Positions 41,603 through 50,531 of a stretch of 64,000 nt of DNA are shown one piece after another. How positions within the stretch are numbered: position 1 is the stretch's first letter; every line of letters begins with the position of its first letter. The stretch is taken from contig CBDATS010000004.1 in NCBI GenBank assembly GCA_965200245.1, forward strand, positions 704,001-768,000. Direction: 5' to 3'. Below the pieces are notes generated by a model. The model did no database searches, was not told the DNA's origin, and was given only the letters and a program-made list of their open reading frames with translations. Source of the stretch: a bacterium (GTDB taxonomy: Bacteria > UBA8248). A program made the translations under genes and the position numbers.

Positions 41603-42288
41603 ACGCCGATTTTTTCAAATTTCCCTCTACGCCGCATCTGGCAACCTTACCCGGCGTCGATGTCAGAGCCGACAAGGTTCTGTCCGAATTCGAGCGGAAT
41701 GAATTTCTGCGACTTTCTCTTGTTATAGAAGAAAAAGTAGACGGCGCGAACCTGGGAATCTCATTCAACTCAGAAGGAGATGTCCGGGCACAGAACAGGG
41801 GAGCGTACCTAGACTTGCCGAGGTCGGGCCAATGGAAAAAGCTCGATCAGTGGCTTTCGCTCCGGACCGATTCACTTTTTGACCACCTCTCCGACCGCTT
41901 CATCCTCTTCGGAGAATGGTGTTACGCCCGGCACACGATTCTCTATGATCGTTTGCCTGACTGGTTCCTTGGCTTCGACCTTTATGACAAACGCGTCGGC
42001 AGGTTTCTTAGCTCGGCGTGTCGGGATGCGTTCTTGGGAAAAATGGGTGTATCCCAAGTTCCGGTAATCGGGCGTGGCGTTTTCACCTATCCAGAAATCA
42101 AGAGGTTGTTGTCACAGTCAAAACTGGCCAGTCTCCCTGTGGAAGGCGTCTATCTGCGTGCTGATGAAGGGGATTGGTTGGCTGGGCGCGCCAAACTCGT
42201 CCGTTCAATGTTTGTTCAGTCAATGGAACAACACTGGTCCCGTTTGGATGTCGAACCGAATCGATTGAGTTTGAAGGTTCACGGATGA
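41599..42288 (+). CDS. ATP-dependent RNA ligase family nucleotidyltransferase
   Basis: KFPSTPHL; motif I EEKVDGAN; III LFGEW; IIIa GFDLYD; IV EGVYLR; V AKLVR; GTGA overlap with PIN gene. Confidence 0.85.
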   Translation: MNADFFKFPSTPHLATLPGVDVRADKVLSEFERNEFLRLSLVIEEKVDGANLGISFNSEGDVRAQNRGAYLDLPRSGQWKKLDQWLSLRTDSLFDHLSDRFILFGEWCYARHTILYDRLPDWFLGFDLYDKRVGRFLSSACRDAFLGKMGVSQVPVIGRGVFTYPEIKRLLSQSKLASLPVEGVYLRADEGDWLAGRAKLVRSMFVQSMEQHWSRLDVEPNRLSLKVHG

Positions 42289-42329
42289 ATTGACTCGGTC
42301 TACTTTGAGTTGAAATTCCCATTAAAATT

Positions 42330-42587
42330 CCTCTTTTTCAGAGGCAATCCAGTGTTTGCAGAACCCCCTTGTATAGCTCGATCGAAACTCCGTCTTGCTC
42401 AGCCGCCCTGACGAATTGCGTTTTGGTTACCCCTTGGCCCTTCGCCACGCTCACGATACTTGCACCGGCCTCGAGTTTGCCGATGACTTGCAAAGGCGAA
42501 TCGCTGGACAGCTGTGCAATGGCCTCGACGTACCACGAGCGGCTGTCCCGTACCGTCTAGCTCCAGTACTAGAGTTGCTAGAGCCAC
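42330..42587 (-). pseudogene. HAD-family hydrolase, frameshifted and truncated
   Basis: MALATLVLELDGT (degenerate DxDGT) then frame shift VRDSRSWYVEAIAQLS...LYKGVLQTL; overlaps DprA stop. Confidence 0.55.
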
Positions 42588-43582
42588 GTTTTGTATCTGG
42601 ACTGGTCGTCTGTCAATTCGAAAGCGAAACCACCTGTACGATCATCTTTTTCAATGACCGCGTTACCGGAAGTGTCCCTTGTACCGTCCGTTCTGAACGT
42701 GGCGACCGCCTTCCTTTGTTCCCGCCCGAAACGATAGGCGTTCATGGCTCCTCCATCCACTGCCGACTGAGCCATGACGATGCCCTGGGCGAAAGCCACG
42801 ATAAGCTTGTTCCTCTTGCGAAGAAGCAACGACGAAACCCGTTGCCCGAACCCGAATTCGCTGACGAACACCGCACCCGGATACGCGAGCAGTTCATCCC
42901 ACAGGGCGCGATTCTCCGGTGGGAACACATTGTCCAACCCACAGGGCATGACACACACCGTGCGACCCCCGGCTTTCACAGCAGCGCCGTGCCCTATCGA
43001 GTCGGCGCCCATGGCGAATCCCGACACGACAACCATTCCCTGTCGTGCGGCAACCATCGCGATTCTTCCTGCACCGCTTGCGTAGGGTTCACGGGTATTC
43101 CGCGAGCCCACGATGGCGACCGTCCCCAAGCCATTCCAAATCGTCGGGTCGCCGCGGACATAGAGTACCGGCACCGGATTGTTGCTGGCGTATACACGTT
43201 CCGGGTAATCCGGGTCACCATGGACGAGGATCGATGCCGAGAGACCGCGAGCGCGTTCGAGTTGCTCGACGGCGCGTACCCACCCTGCATCCACCTCCAC
43301 CTGCGAATGGGACTGGATTCCGCGTCGGAGCTTTTCGCCAATGCGGACGGTGAAAGGCAGAAGATCAGGGTTTCTGATCGCCGTCTGCGGATCGACGCCA
43401 GCCTCATGCATGGCACGAAACTTCACGGGACCGAATCCTGAAACCCGCTCCAAAGTGTAGAGGGCACTCAATCGGTCGACGCCAGGGTATCGTCCATGTC
43501 CACTCTGGGAGACCCGACCACCGGACAGGCGTTCTTTCAACAGCATTTGAACGGCCTCAGACCTTGACGGTAACCTCATCAA
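42578..43582 (-). CDS. DprA/Smf family protein (ShosA-like antitoxin context)
   Basis: DPDYP...PVLYVRGD...VAIVGSR...VVSGFAMGADS.GH...RNKLIVAFAQ. Confidence 0.9.
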   Translation of the reverse strand: MMRLPSRSEAVQMLLKERLSGGRVSQSGHGRYPGVDRLSALYTLERVSGFGPVKFRAMHEAGVDPQTAIRNPDLLPFTVRIGEKLRRGIQSHSQVEVDAGWVRAVEQLERARGLSASILVHGDPDYPERVYASNNPVPVLYVRGDPTIWNGLGTVAIVGSRNTREPYASGAGRIAMVAARQGMVVVSGFAMGADSIGHGAAVKAGGRTVCVMPCGLDNVFPPENRALWDELLAYPGAVFVSEFGFGQRVSSLLLRKRNKLIVAFAQGIVMAQSAVDGGAMNAYRFGREQRKAVATFRTDGTRDTSGNAVIEKDDRTGGFAFELTDDQSRYKTWL

Positions 43583-43705
43583 GATGCGCTTCGATACGTT
43601 GAGTCGTCATTGCTCCCTCACATACGACCGGGAACGTCATCAAGGGGATGCAATCAATACCTGCGCGTGGCGGATGTTTCTTCCTCTTGCACCTGCACGA
43701 GGCAA

Positions 43706-44505
43706 TCAGTCTGGCCAGTATAGCTTGATTTCATGATATATGTGACAGAGTCCTGACCCGGAACACTGGCCTTTTGCCCGTCGAACGTATCGATTGGACA
43801 GGAGCGAACTCTCTGCCAGAGCAAGCATCAGCAGGACGACTTTACTACACCCGAACTCTCTCAGTCGCGAAGCACACGCACCTGCCGTGCGGCCCCGGTT
43901 CATTACATCATCAAGCAGGAGAATTGTTCGTCCCTGAATCTCCTCTTCCATCTTCTGATGAAAAGAATACTGGCTAGCGAGCGTAGTCTTGCTGACGAAT
44001 CTGGACTCCTCTCGGCTGTTCTGTTGGCCGCTGCTGGGATCGGTATTATGATGTCCACTTGGCGGATCCACGCCTTGCACATTGGGGTAGTCCTAACATG
44101 CTCCGCCAGGATTCGCCCGAAAAAAGCCGGCAACACAGCATCGCCTTTCTTGAATTTCCGGACCAGTTGCGACCATTGCTCGTTACGATTCGCATCCCCG
44201 ACCCAGCGGTAGACGCCGACGACCGAGACCTTGTCAATTGCATCTAGCTTTCGGCTGTAATTCGCCTTGTTCAAACCGAATCTCCAGAGAAACTCATCTC
44301 GCAATTCCACATCTGATGCCAGTCAATTAAACTGTCCCGCAACCGCCCCATCGAAATTCCTGATTTCTATATCTGGTTCCTTTTGAATGACAGCCAGTCG
44401 CTCTTGAATTAATGATCGGAGTGGACGAGGCAGGCTTGGGAATAGCCGAGCAGTTTCGAGGTCTGCGATCGCCCGTGACTTGTCCATGCCGCTTTGATGT
44501 GTCAA
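43706..44505 (-). pseudogene. ComF-like phosphoribosyltransferase, frameshifted
   Basis: IIIPIPAAANRTAER and LLLDDVMNRGRT (PRPP loop) in different frames; upstream fragment 44323-44505. Confidence 0.75.
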
Positions 44506-44750
44506 CGCACGCTGAGAAAATGCGTAAAAAAGCCAGGGTTCTCCGCGTGCAATAATTGCTGGCTAGGCGGTATTTTCGATTGACTGAACTTCGTAGCCGC
44601 GTCCAGATAGTCTCCCTGTCGCGCTGGTTCGATAGCTTTCTCTGCAACGATACGTGAGCGAGTTTCAGGGGAAGCACATCGACCGCCCTCTTTCCTCTTG
44701 ATACTGAAGATCAGGTGCGGGAGATTGCAAATGGTTTCGAGGGGAAGCGA

Positions 44751-45180
44751 TTATCCTCTGCTGTCTTGACGTGTTGATTCTGTTTTGGATGCTTTTTCGT
44801 AGAATTCGAGAATGTCTGGTTCTGTGTCCGGGGATAGTCTGAGTCCCTGGCAGATTCTTGATAAAACCTTCTCGGTTATTATCCCGTGTATTTTAGAATC
44901 ATTATGGGCAATTTCGATCTCAAGGTCTTCTGTTTTTTTGATGCTGGCATATTGATATTCAATGAAACTTTTTCGATTGATAAATGATGGGTAATCTTGA
45001 GGCCACAGGATACAGGTGTCATCGGCTTTTGGGTGGAAGGTTGAGACGTTTACGAGCAATACTTCCATGTCGGGGTTTGGATTGGTCAGTATGATGTGCA
45101 GATGTCTTTTAGGTCCTGATTCTCTGAGAAGGCATGTGTATTTTTCTAGGGGGAAATATCTAGAAAGATGCTGAATATAT
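44751..45180 (-). CDS. Putative PemK/MazF-like toxin partner of the Panacea antitoxin (start codon unclear)
   Basis: Frame open upstream of ATG 45068: RHLHIILTNP-NPD-MEVLLVNVST...DDTCIL..QDYPSFINRKSFIEY; no ATG/GTG/TTG before the HLHIILT strand. Confidence 0.55.
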
Positions 45181-45738
45181 TCTATCTAGTGCTTTTCTCT
45201 CTTCGATTCGTTGGCACAAATCGTCTGCATCATAGCCCCACTGCGTGAAAAGTTCTCTGTATAGGATGGGAGTTCTATTCATTCCCTCGGGAGGGGTTTT
45301 CCACTCAGGGAGTGTATGGGTGTAGTCCCGGACCTGGAATTGGTCTTTCCCTTTATGTTGCTCGTATAGTTTCTGGATGATGTTTTCGATTCTCCTGCTG
45401 AGTCGGCCGAACCTGTCGTTTTTTGCTTTGTCTGTGAGTTTCAGGTGATGTTGCTCATCTGCCTGAATGTATGTATGCCAAGGGTCTCGTTCTTTTTTGT
45501 TGTTTGGGTAGGAACTGAAAAATGGTTCCTCAATGACGGGACCGTGTTCTCTTGAAGCGAGTCGGCCTCCACAGATGGGGGTGCCACATTGGCGAAGATG
45601 CTCTTTCTCGGCGAGGTACATCAATTTCATCAGTTTGAGTCTGCTTATCTTATCGCCTTCTAGTCTGATGAACCGTGCGGCCATCTGGGCTGCTCTTTCT
45701 GCATCGTACATCATTGAACTTTCTCCCATTCTCGGCAT
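45160..45738 (-). CDS. Panacea (DUF4065/SocA-like) antitoxin
   Basis: KLMKLMYLAEK...HGPV...YTHTLPEWK. Confidence 0.85.
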   Translation of the reverse strand: MPRMGESSMMYDAERAAQMAARFIRLEGDKISRLKLMKLMYLAEKEHLRQCGTPICGGRLASREHGPVIEEPFFSSYPNNKKERDPWHTYIQADEQHHLKLTDKAKNDRFGRLSRRIENIIQKLYEQHKGKDQFQVRDYTHTLPEWKTPPEGMNRTPILYRELFTQWGYDADDLCQRIEERKALDRIYSASF

Positions 45739-45881
45739 TTTATCCTAATTTGAAATAATAGCAATCGCTTTTTCTTGGTTTGACATTTTTGGTTGTGATA
45801 GGGACCGATCCTAATCCTTCTTTTCTCTCCTGCGCAGATCCGCAATATAATAAGAAAAGCTCAAAAAAAGGCCAGTATGTG

Positions 45882-45935
45882 GCAAAGACAGGAAAATGAT
45901 TACTCGTGTGAATGGTCGCCCCTTTGTTTTTGATG
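45882..45935 (+). repeat. Diverged direct repeat, copy 2
   Basis: 46/54 identity with 38915-38968. Confidence 0.8.
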
Positions 45936-46188
45936 AACTCGAAGGTGAAATCCCTTTTGGACAAAAGAAAAGAAGGATAGAACTTCCCCCTGCACACCCA
46001 ACTGGAGCATGAATAGTTTATAGCTCTAGCAGATTGCACTGGATCGAGATTGATATCAAAGATTCTGATTTGGATGACTAAATTGACACTCTTGATTCGT
46101 CCCACTCTTCCTGAAGACCGGGGTGCGCGACGGACCATTGTGCGCCTTCCTGGGCGTTCCTGGCCGTGTCTGGTCACGCGATCCTTCC

Positions 46189-46476
46189 TCAGTAGAGGCG
46201 TCTGCCGGGGGCCATGGGTCCGTGCAGTATCCATGCGACACGAATCCCCTCGGCAACCTGTCGGCAACAGATGGCGTGCGAAGCTCTCCCATACCGACAC
46301 AGGCCGTCTCGGACGAAGCCATGGTCTGGGCCGAAAACCGGATTTTCGGCAACGGTTCTGATCCTGGAGTGAAGCGCTCCGTATATTGCTCCGCTCCGCT
46401 CGACACAAATCGAAATGCTCGATACCGCAGAGTTAGATTTCGATCGGATCACGCCCGGCGTCACCGGTGAACTCAA
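46189..46476 (-). pseudogene. parE: ParE/RelE toxin, degenerate
   Basis: LHSRIRTVAENP.FG....VRDGLCRY...SHAICCRQVAEGIRVAWILHGPM; N-terminus scrambled. Confidence 0.7.
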
Positions 46477-46598
46477 TTCTGGTCACGCAGCAAACCTTTT
46501 CGTCGCGCATCCGCCCGCACTGATTCCATGATTTCAGGCAGAACTCGACCGCTGATGCCGCTTGCTTCCGCCCTGTCGGAGATCGTCAGTCTGGACAT
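46473..46598 (-). pseudogene. parD: ParD antitoxin with internal deletion
   Basis: AAGGAGG RBS; MSRLTIS joined directly to DRAEASGISGRVLPEIMESVRADARRKGLL; RHH core missing. Confidence 0.65.
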
Positions 46599-46751
46599 AT
46601 CGATTCCTCCTTTCATATAAAATTTGCCAAAGATTCGCGAAAGCTCAGGTGAAGGACTCCGACTGGAAGGACCGGGAATGGCGTTGAGCAGCCTGCCCCG
46701 TTGCTTGATCTGCCGGCCATTTGCGGCAATGCTCTTTTTCCAGAATATTGA

Positions 46752-46849
46752 GTGTCCGCTTTGGTGTCCGTTACCGGCATATACAGGGATGTATAGAGAT
46801 ATACAGGGAACTGGTTCAAAACAAAATATTCTCTCTCAAGTTATTGATT
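46752..46849. promoter_or_regulatory. att-site arm region: direct repeats and IHF box
   Basis: GTGTCCG x2 (46752, 46764), ATATACAGGGA x2 (46779, 46799), minus-strand AATCAATAACTTG matching WATCAANNNNTTR (46849-46837). Confidence 0.65.
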
Positions 46850-46874
46850 TATCAAGGTTTTTCTTGCATTTCAA

Positions 46875-46950
<76 letters not shown>

Positions 46951-47149
46951 GAGATGTGGAACACTCGACGAACAACTATTGGTTGTTCCTTTTCGGCCCA
47001 TTCTCCCGACAGGCAAGTATCTCCTTGCCTGTCGCAGGAAGGCGAGATTTTAAAACGCGCCGTCACGGGCGTCAACATGGAAACGTCTTGTACCTCATGT
47101 TGATGGAATTGTTGATGCGACGGAACCTCCACCCCATGGTGACAACACG

Positions 47150-48160
47150 ATGAAGCGATCTCCATTTCCCGTCGGCAAACTTCCGCCGGATGTGCTGGAA
47201 ACCCTGCTCCAGCCCACCGGTTCCCATCCACGCCTCATCGTGGGGCCAAAAGTGGGGGAAGACGCAGCCGTCATCGACATGGAAGATCGTTATCTCGTCG
47301 CGAAATCAGACCCCATCACGTTCGTGGAAGATCATCTCGGACGCTATGCCGTGCACGTAAACGCCAACGACATCGCCTGCATGGGTGCCACCCCGCAGTG
47401 GTTCCTGATGACCTTGCTTTTGCCTGAAGGACGCACCGACGAGGCAATGGTCAGCCGTATCTGGGAAGAGGTGCGCGAAACATGCACCGATTTGGGCATC
47501 ACCTTGTGTGGCGGACATACGGAGGTTACGGCGGGGCTGGATTTTCCAATTCTCTCGAGCCATATGCTTGGAGAAGTCCCGAAGGAGAATCTGGTCCGTG
47601 GCGTGGATGCGAACGCCGATGACCTGATTTTGCCTACACGCGCGGTCCCGGTCGAAGGAACGGCCATACTGGCGAATACGAAATACGATTTTCTGAAAAA
47701 TATCATAGATACCAAAATACTGGAAAATGCGAAAACATACCTGGAATATCCCGGCATCAGTGTGGTGGCGCAAGCCCTGGCGGCGGCCGGTACAGGACTG
47801 GTACACGCCATGCACGACCCGACCGAAGGAGGGCTGGCCACCGGTATTCATGAATTGGCGCAGGCCTCGGGGCTGGGGGCAATCGTGGAAAAGAGCGAAA
47901 TCCCCCTCTCTCCGGAAGGAGAGAAGATATGTGAAGCGTTAGGCCTGGATCCCCTGGGTGTCATTACGTCGGGAGCACTATTGCTGGCGGTTCCTGCCGA
48001 AGGTGAAGAAATCGTGCGGAAAGCACTTTTCTCGACTGGTGCGATGGGTGCCTGCATCGGCAAATTGTGCCCACCCGAATCCGGCGTGATGATTCAGGGC
48101 GACGCCGGAGTCTATCCGCTCAGGCGCTACGATTCCGATGAAATTGCAAAAGTATTGTGA
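47150..48160 (+). CDS. AIR synthase (PurM/HypE-like) family protein
   Basis: VGKLP, GEDAAVID, KSDPIT, NANDIA, GGHTEVT, AMHDPTEGG, SGALL. Confidence 0.9.
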   Translation: MKRSPFPVGKLPPDVLETLLQPTGSHPRLIVGPKVGEDAAVIDMEDRYLVAKSDPITFVEDHLGRYAVHVNANDIACMGATPQWFLMTLLLPEGRTDEAMVSRIWEEVRETCTDLGITLCGGHTEVTAGLDFPILSSHMLGEVPKENLVRGVDANADDLILPTRAVPVEGTAILANTKYDFLKNIIDTKILENAKTYLEYPGISVVAQALAAAGTGLVHAMHDPTEGGLATGIHELAQASGLGAIVEKSEIPLSPEGEKICEALGLDPLGVITSGALLLAVPAEGEEIVRKALFSTGAMGACIGKLCPPESGVMIQGDAGVYPLRRYDSDEIAKVL

Positions 48161-48170
48161 GGAAACAAGT

Positions 48171-48755
48171 ATGAAACGATCCGTAGAGGGCGTGTTGCTC
48201 GATTTTGACGGCACACTCACGAAACCCGCCTTCGACTGGCCTGCCATGAAAGAGGAGATGGGATTGCCTGATGAGGAGGTATCCATCCTGGACCATCTCG
48301 TCACGCTTTCTTCCGAGCGCGCCGATGAGATATCAAGAATCCTCGAAAAACATGAAATCAGGGCCGCGGACAGGGCTGAAGCCAACGATGGCGCGCATGC
48401 GCTGATCGCCTACCTCAGAACCCGGGAAATCCCCTTCGCCGTCGTGACGAACAATGCGAAGCGGCACATTCTGAGGATGGTGAAAAAAATCAACATCACT
48501 TTCGAAATCCTGATCACCCGGGATATCGGCTACTGGAAACCGGACCCAAGGCCGATGTTCGCAGGAGCCGAGGCAATCGGCGTATCGCCCGAGCAATGCG
48601 TTGTCATCGGTGACGGGAAATATGACGTGATGGCGGCCGCAGCGGCCGGAATGCTGTCGATTCATCTTTCGGAATGCTCTTCGCTGCCCAGCGATTTCAC
48701 CCTTTCCACGCTCCGGGAAGCACCTGCCCTGCTGGAACAACTGCTTTCCAGATAG
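48171..48755 (+). CDS. HAD-superfamily hydrolase
   Basis: DFDGTL, VTNN, KPDP, IGDGKYD. Confidence 0.9.
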   Translation: MKRSVEGVLLDFDGTLTKPAFDWPAMKEEMGLPDEEVSILDHLVTLSSERADEISRILEKHEIRAADRAEANDGAHALIAYLRTREIPFAVVTNNAKRHILRMVKKINITFEILITRDIGYWKPDPRPMFAGAEAIGVSPEQCVVIGDGKYDVMAAAAAGMLSIHLSECSSLPSDFTLSTLREAPALLEQLLSR

Positions 48756-48991
48756 AATCGCGCCCTGAATGTCCGACAACCGGAATGGCGTGGAACGGAA
48801 CGAGTGGACAGCGCGCCGTCCCATTCGGTCGCTTGATGCCATTTGTCAAGGCAGCAAAGCCTCTTCCCACCGGAAAAGCCGATGCGTGGTCTGTCCCGAA
48901 ACGAAACGCGCCAAAACCGCGAATGCACACAATATCATTTCCGCTCGGGAACGAGGGGAAAAGGTACAGCCGTCCGGATTGTGCGTGATTT

Positions 48992-50494
48992 TTATATGAA
49001 CCCGGCGACAGTGCCCTTCGCCGCGTCGAGGAAACTGCCCGGGAAGATGCCCAGCATTAACGTCGCCACCACGAGCACCACAAGTGCGACGAGAAGCGAG
49101 GGTGCGCTTGAAAAACGCATCACCTCCTGGCCCTCTCCCCTGTTCTCCATGTACATCACCATAATGATGCGGCCGTAGTAGTACATCGAAACCGCGCTCA
49201 TCACGAGGCCGATGGCGGCGAGCCAGTAATATTCGTTTTGCACCGCAGCAGCGAAGACATAGAGCTTGCCAACGAAGCCGGCCGTCGGTGGAATGCCGCC
49301 GAGCGAGAGCAGGAACACCACGAAGGCCATCCCCGCCCAGGGGTGCGCCTGGCCGATTCCTTTCCAGTCCTCGATGTTGTCAGCCCGGTACCCGTCGCGG
49401 CAGACGAGAATCAACATCCCGAAAGCGCCGAGGTTCGTGAACAGATAGGCGAGCAGATAAAACGCCACTGCGCTGATGCCGATGGAAGTGAACGTCACCT
49501 TGCCGTCCACGACGCTCATGGTGGCCACCACGCCCATCAACACGTAGCCCGCATGCCCGATGCTCGAATACGCCAGCATTCGCTTGAGACTCGTCTGGGC
49601 TATCGCCGCTACGTTCCCCCACACCAGTGTGAAAGCCGTGAGCGCCCACAGCAGGGTGTTCCACCTCTCGCCCATGGCCGGGAACGCCACGAAGAATATC
49701 CGCATCAAGGCCGCCACGGTCGCGAACTTGACGGCCACCGACATGAAGCCCGTAATCGGTGTCGGCGCGCCTGTGTAGGCGTCGGGCAGCCACATATGAA
49801 ACGGCGCCATCGCCAGCTTGAACCCAAAACCCGCTACCAGGAGGATGAGTCCGAAAATCATCACCGGGTTCTGCGCGATGGCCGCACCCCCCGATCCCGA
49901 GAACGCCGCCGCGATTCCGCGAATCGAGGTCGTCCCGGTGAACCCGTAGGTCAGGGCCATGCCGTAGAGCAGTACGCCCGAAGCGAAAGCGCCCATGAGA
50001 AAATACTTGAGGCCCGCCTCCCGGCTCAGGGGGTCATGCCGCATGAACGCCACGAGCACGTAGATGCTGATGCTCATGGTCTCCAGACCCAGATAGATCG
50101 TAATCAAATCATTGCCCGAAGCCATCACGAGCATCCCGAAGACCGAGAAGAGCAGCATGGCGTACAATTCACCGTAGTCGATCTTCTCCACCTTGGCGTA
50201 TTGAAGCAGCAGCAGAATGGAAATGGCCGTACAGAGCAACACGCTCACCTTCACGAACACGCTCAGGTTGTCGACCACGTAAAAGTCGTTGAACGTCGTT
50301 CTTGCGCCCTCGCCCCATTGCCCGAAGGCGATGAGTCCGAGAATCAGGACACCTATGAACGCCACGACACCCACGCGCGACTTGTTCTCAAGCGAAACAA
50401 ACAGGTCGATGATCAAAACGGCGCAGACGAGTATGGCCAGCCCTATCTCGGGCAGTGCCAGCGACAGCGCGATGTCGGGAATCACCACTTCCAT
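48992..50494 (-). CDS. nuoN: NADH-quinone oxidoreductase subunit N
   Basis: EAGLKYFLMGAFAS, PFHMWLPDAYTGAP, KRMLAYSSIGHAGY. Confidence 0.95.
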   Translation of the reverse strand: MEVVIPDIALSLALPEIGLAILVCAVLIIDLFVSLENKSRVGVVAFIGVLILGLIAFGQWGEGARTTFNDFYVVDNLSVFVKVSVLLCTAISILLLLQYAKVEKIDYGELYAMLLFSVFGMLVMASGNDLITIYLGLETMSISIYVLVAFMRHDPLSREAGLKYFLMGAFASGVLLYGMALTYGFTGTTSIRGIAAAFSGSGGAAIAQNPVMIFGLILLVAGFGFKLAMAPFHMWLPDAYTGAPTPITGFMSVAVKFATVAALMRIFFVAFPAMGERWNTLLWALTAFTLVWGNVAAIAQTSLKRMLAYSSIGHAGYVLMGVVATMSVVDGKVTFTSIGISAVAFYLLAYLFTNLGAFGMLILVCRDGYRADNIEDWKGIGQAHPWAGMAFVVFLLSLGGIPPTAGFVGKLYVFAAAVQNEYYWLAAIGLVMSAVSMYYYGRIIMVMYMENRGEGQEVMRFSSAPSLLVALVVLVVATLMLGIFPGSFLDAAKGTVAGFI

Positions 50495-50531
50495 GGGAAA
50501 GACTCCATCAAATCAAGCGAAATCTCGTTCA

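Larger units (their letters stand above)
1..46874. mobile_element. Genomic (defence) island integrated at the 3' end of tRNA-Phe; left boundary outside window
   Basis: Dense defence/TA/IS/pseudogene content, visibly more AT-rich than the nuo region, ending at the tRNA CCA end with IHF box and arm-like repeats; no integrase seen in window. Confidence 0.8.

Noticed and set aside
42578-44505. Competence dprA/comF locus
   Set aside because: Island context, broken PRTase and coupled HAD remnant fit a ShosTA-like module better
45740-46408. 222-aa ORF as an integrase remnant near the tRNA
   Set aside because: No tyrosine or serine recombinase motifs; it overlaps the ParE relic and the repeat
47150-48160. 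Calling the gene hypE or thiL
   Set aside because: AIR-synthase fold is clear, but there is no C-terminal PRIC motif or hydrogenase context
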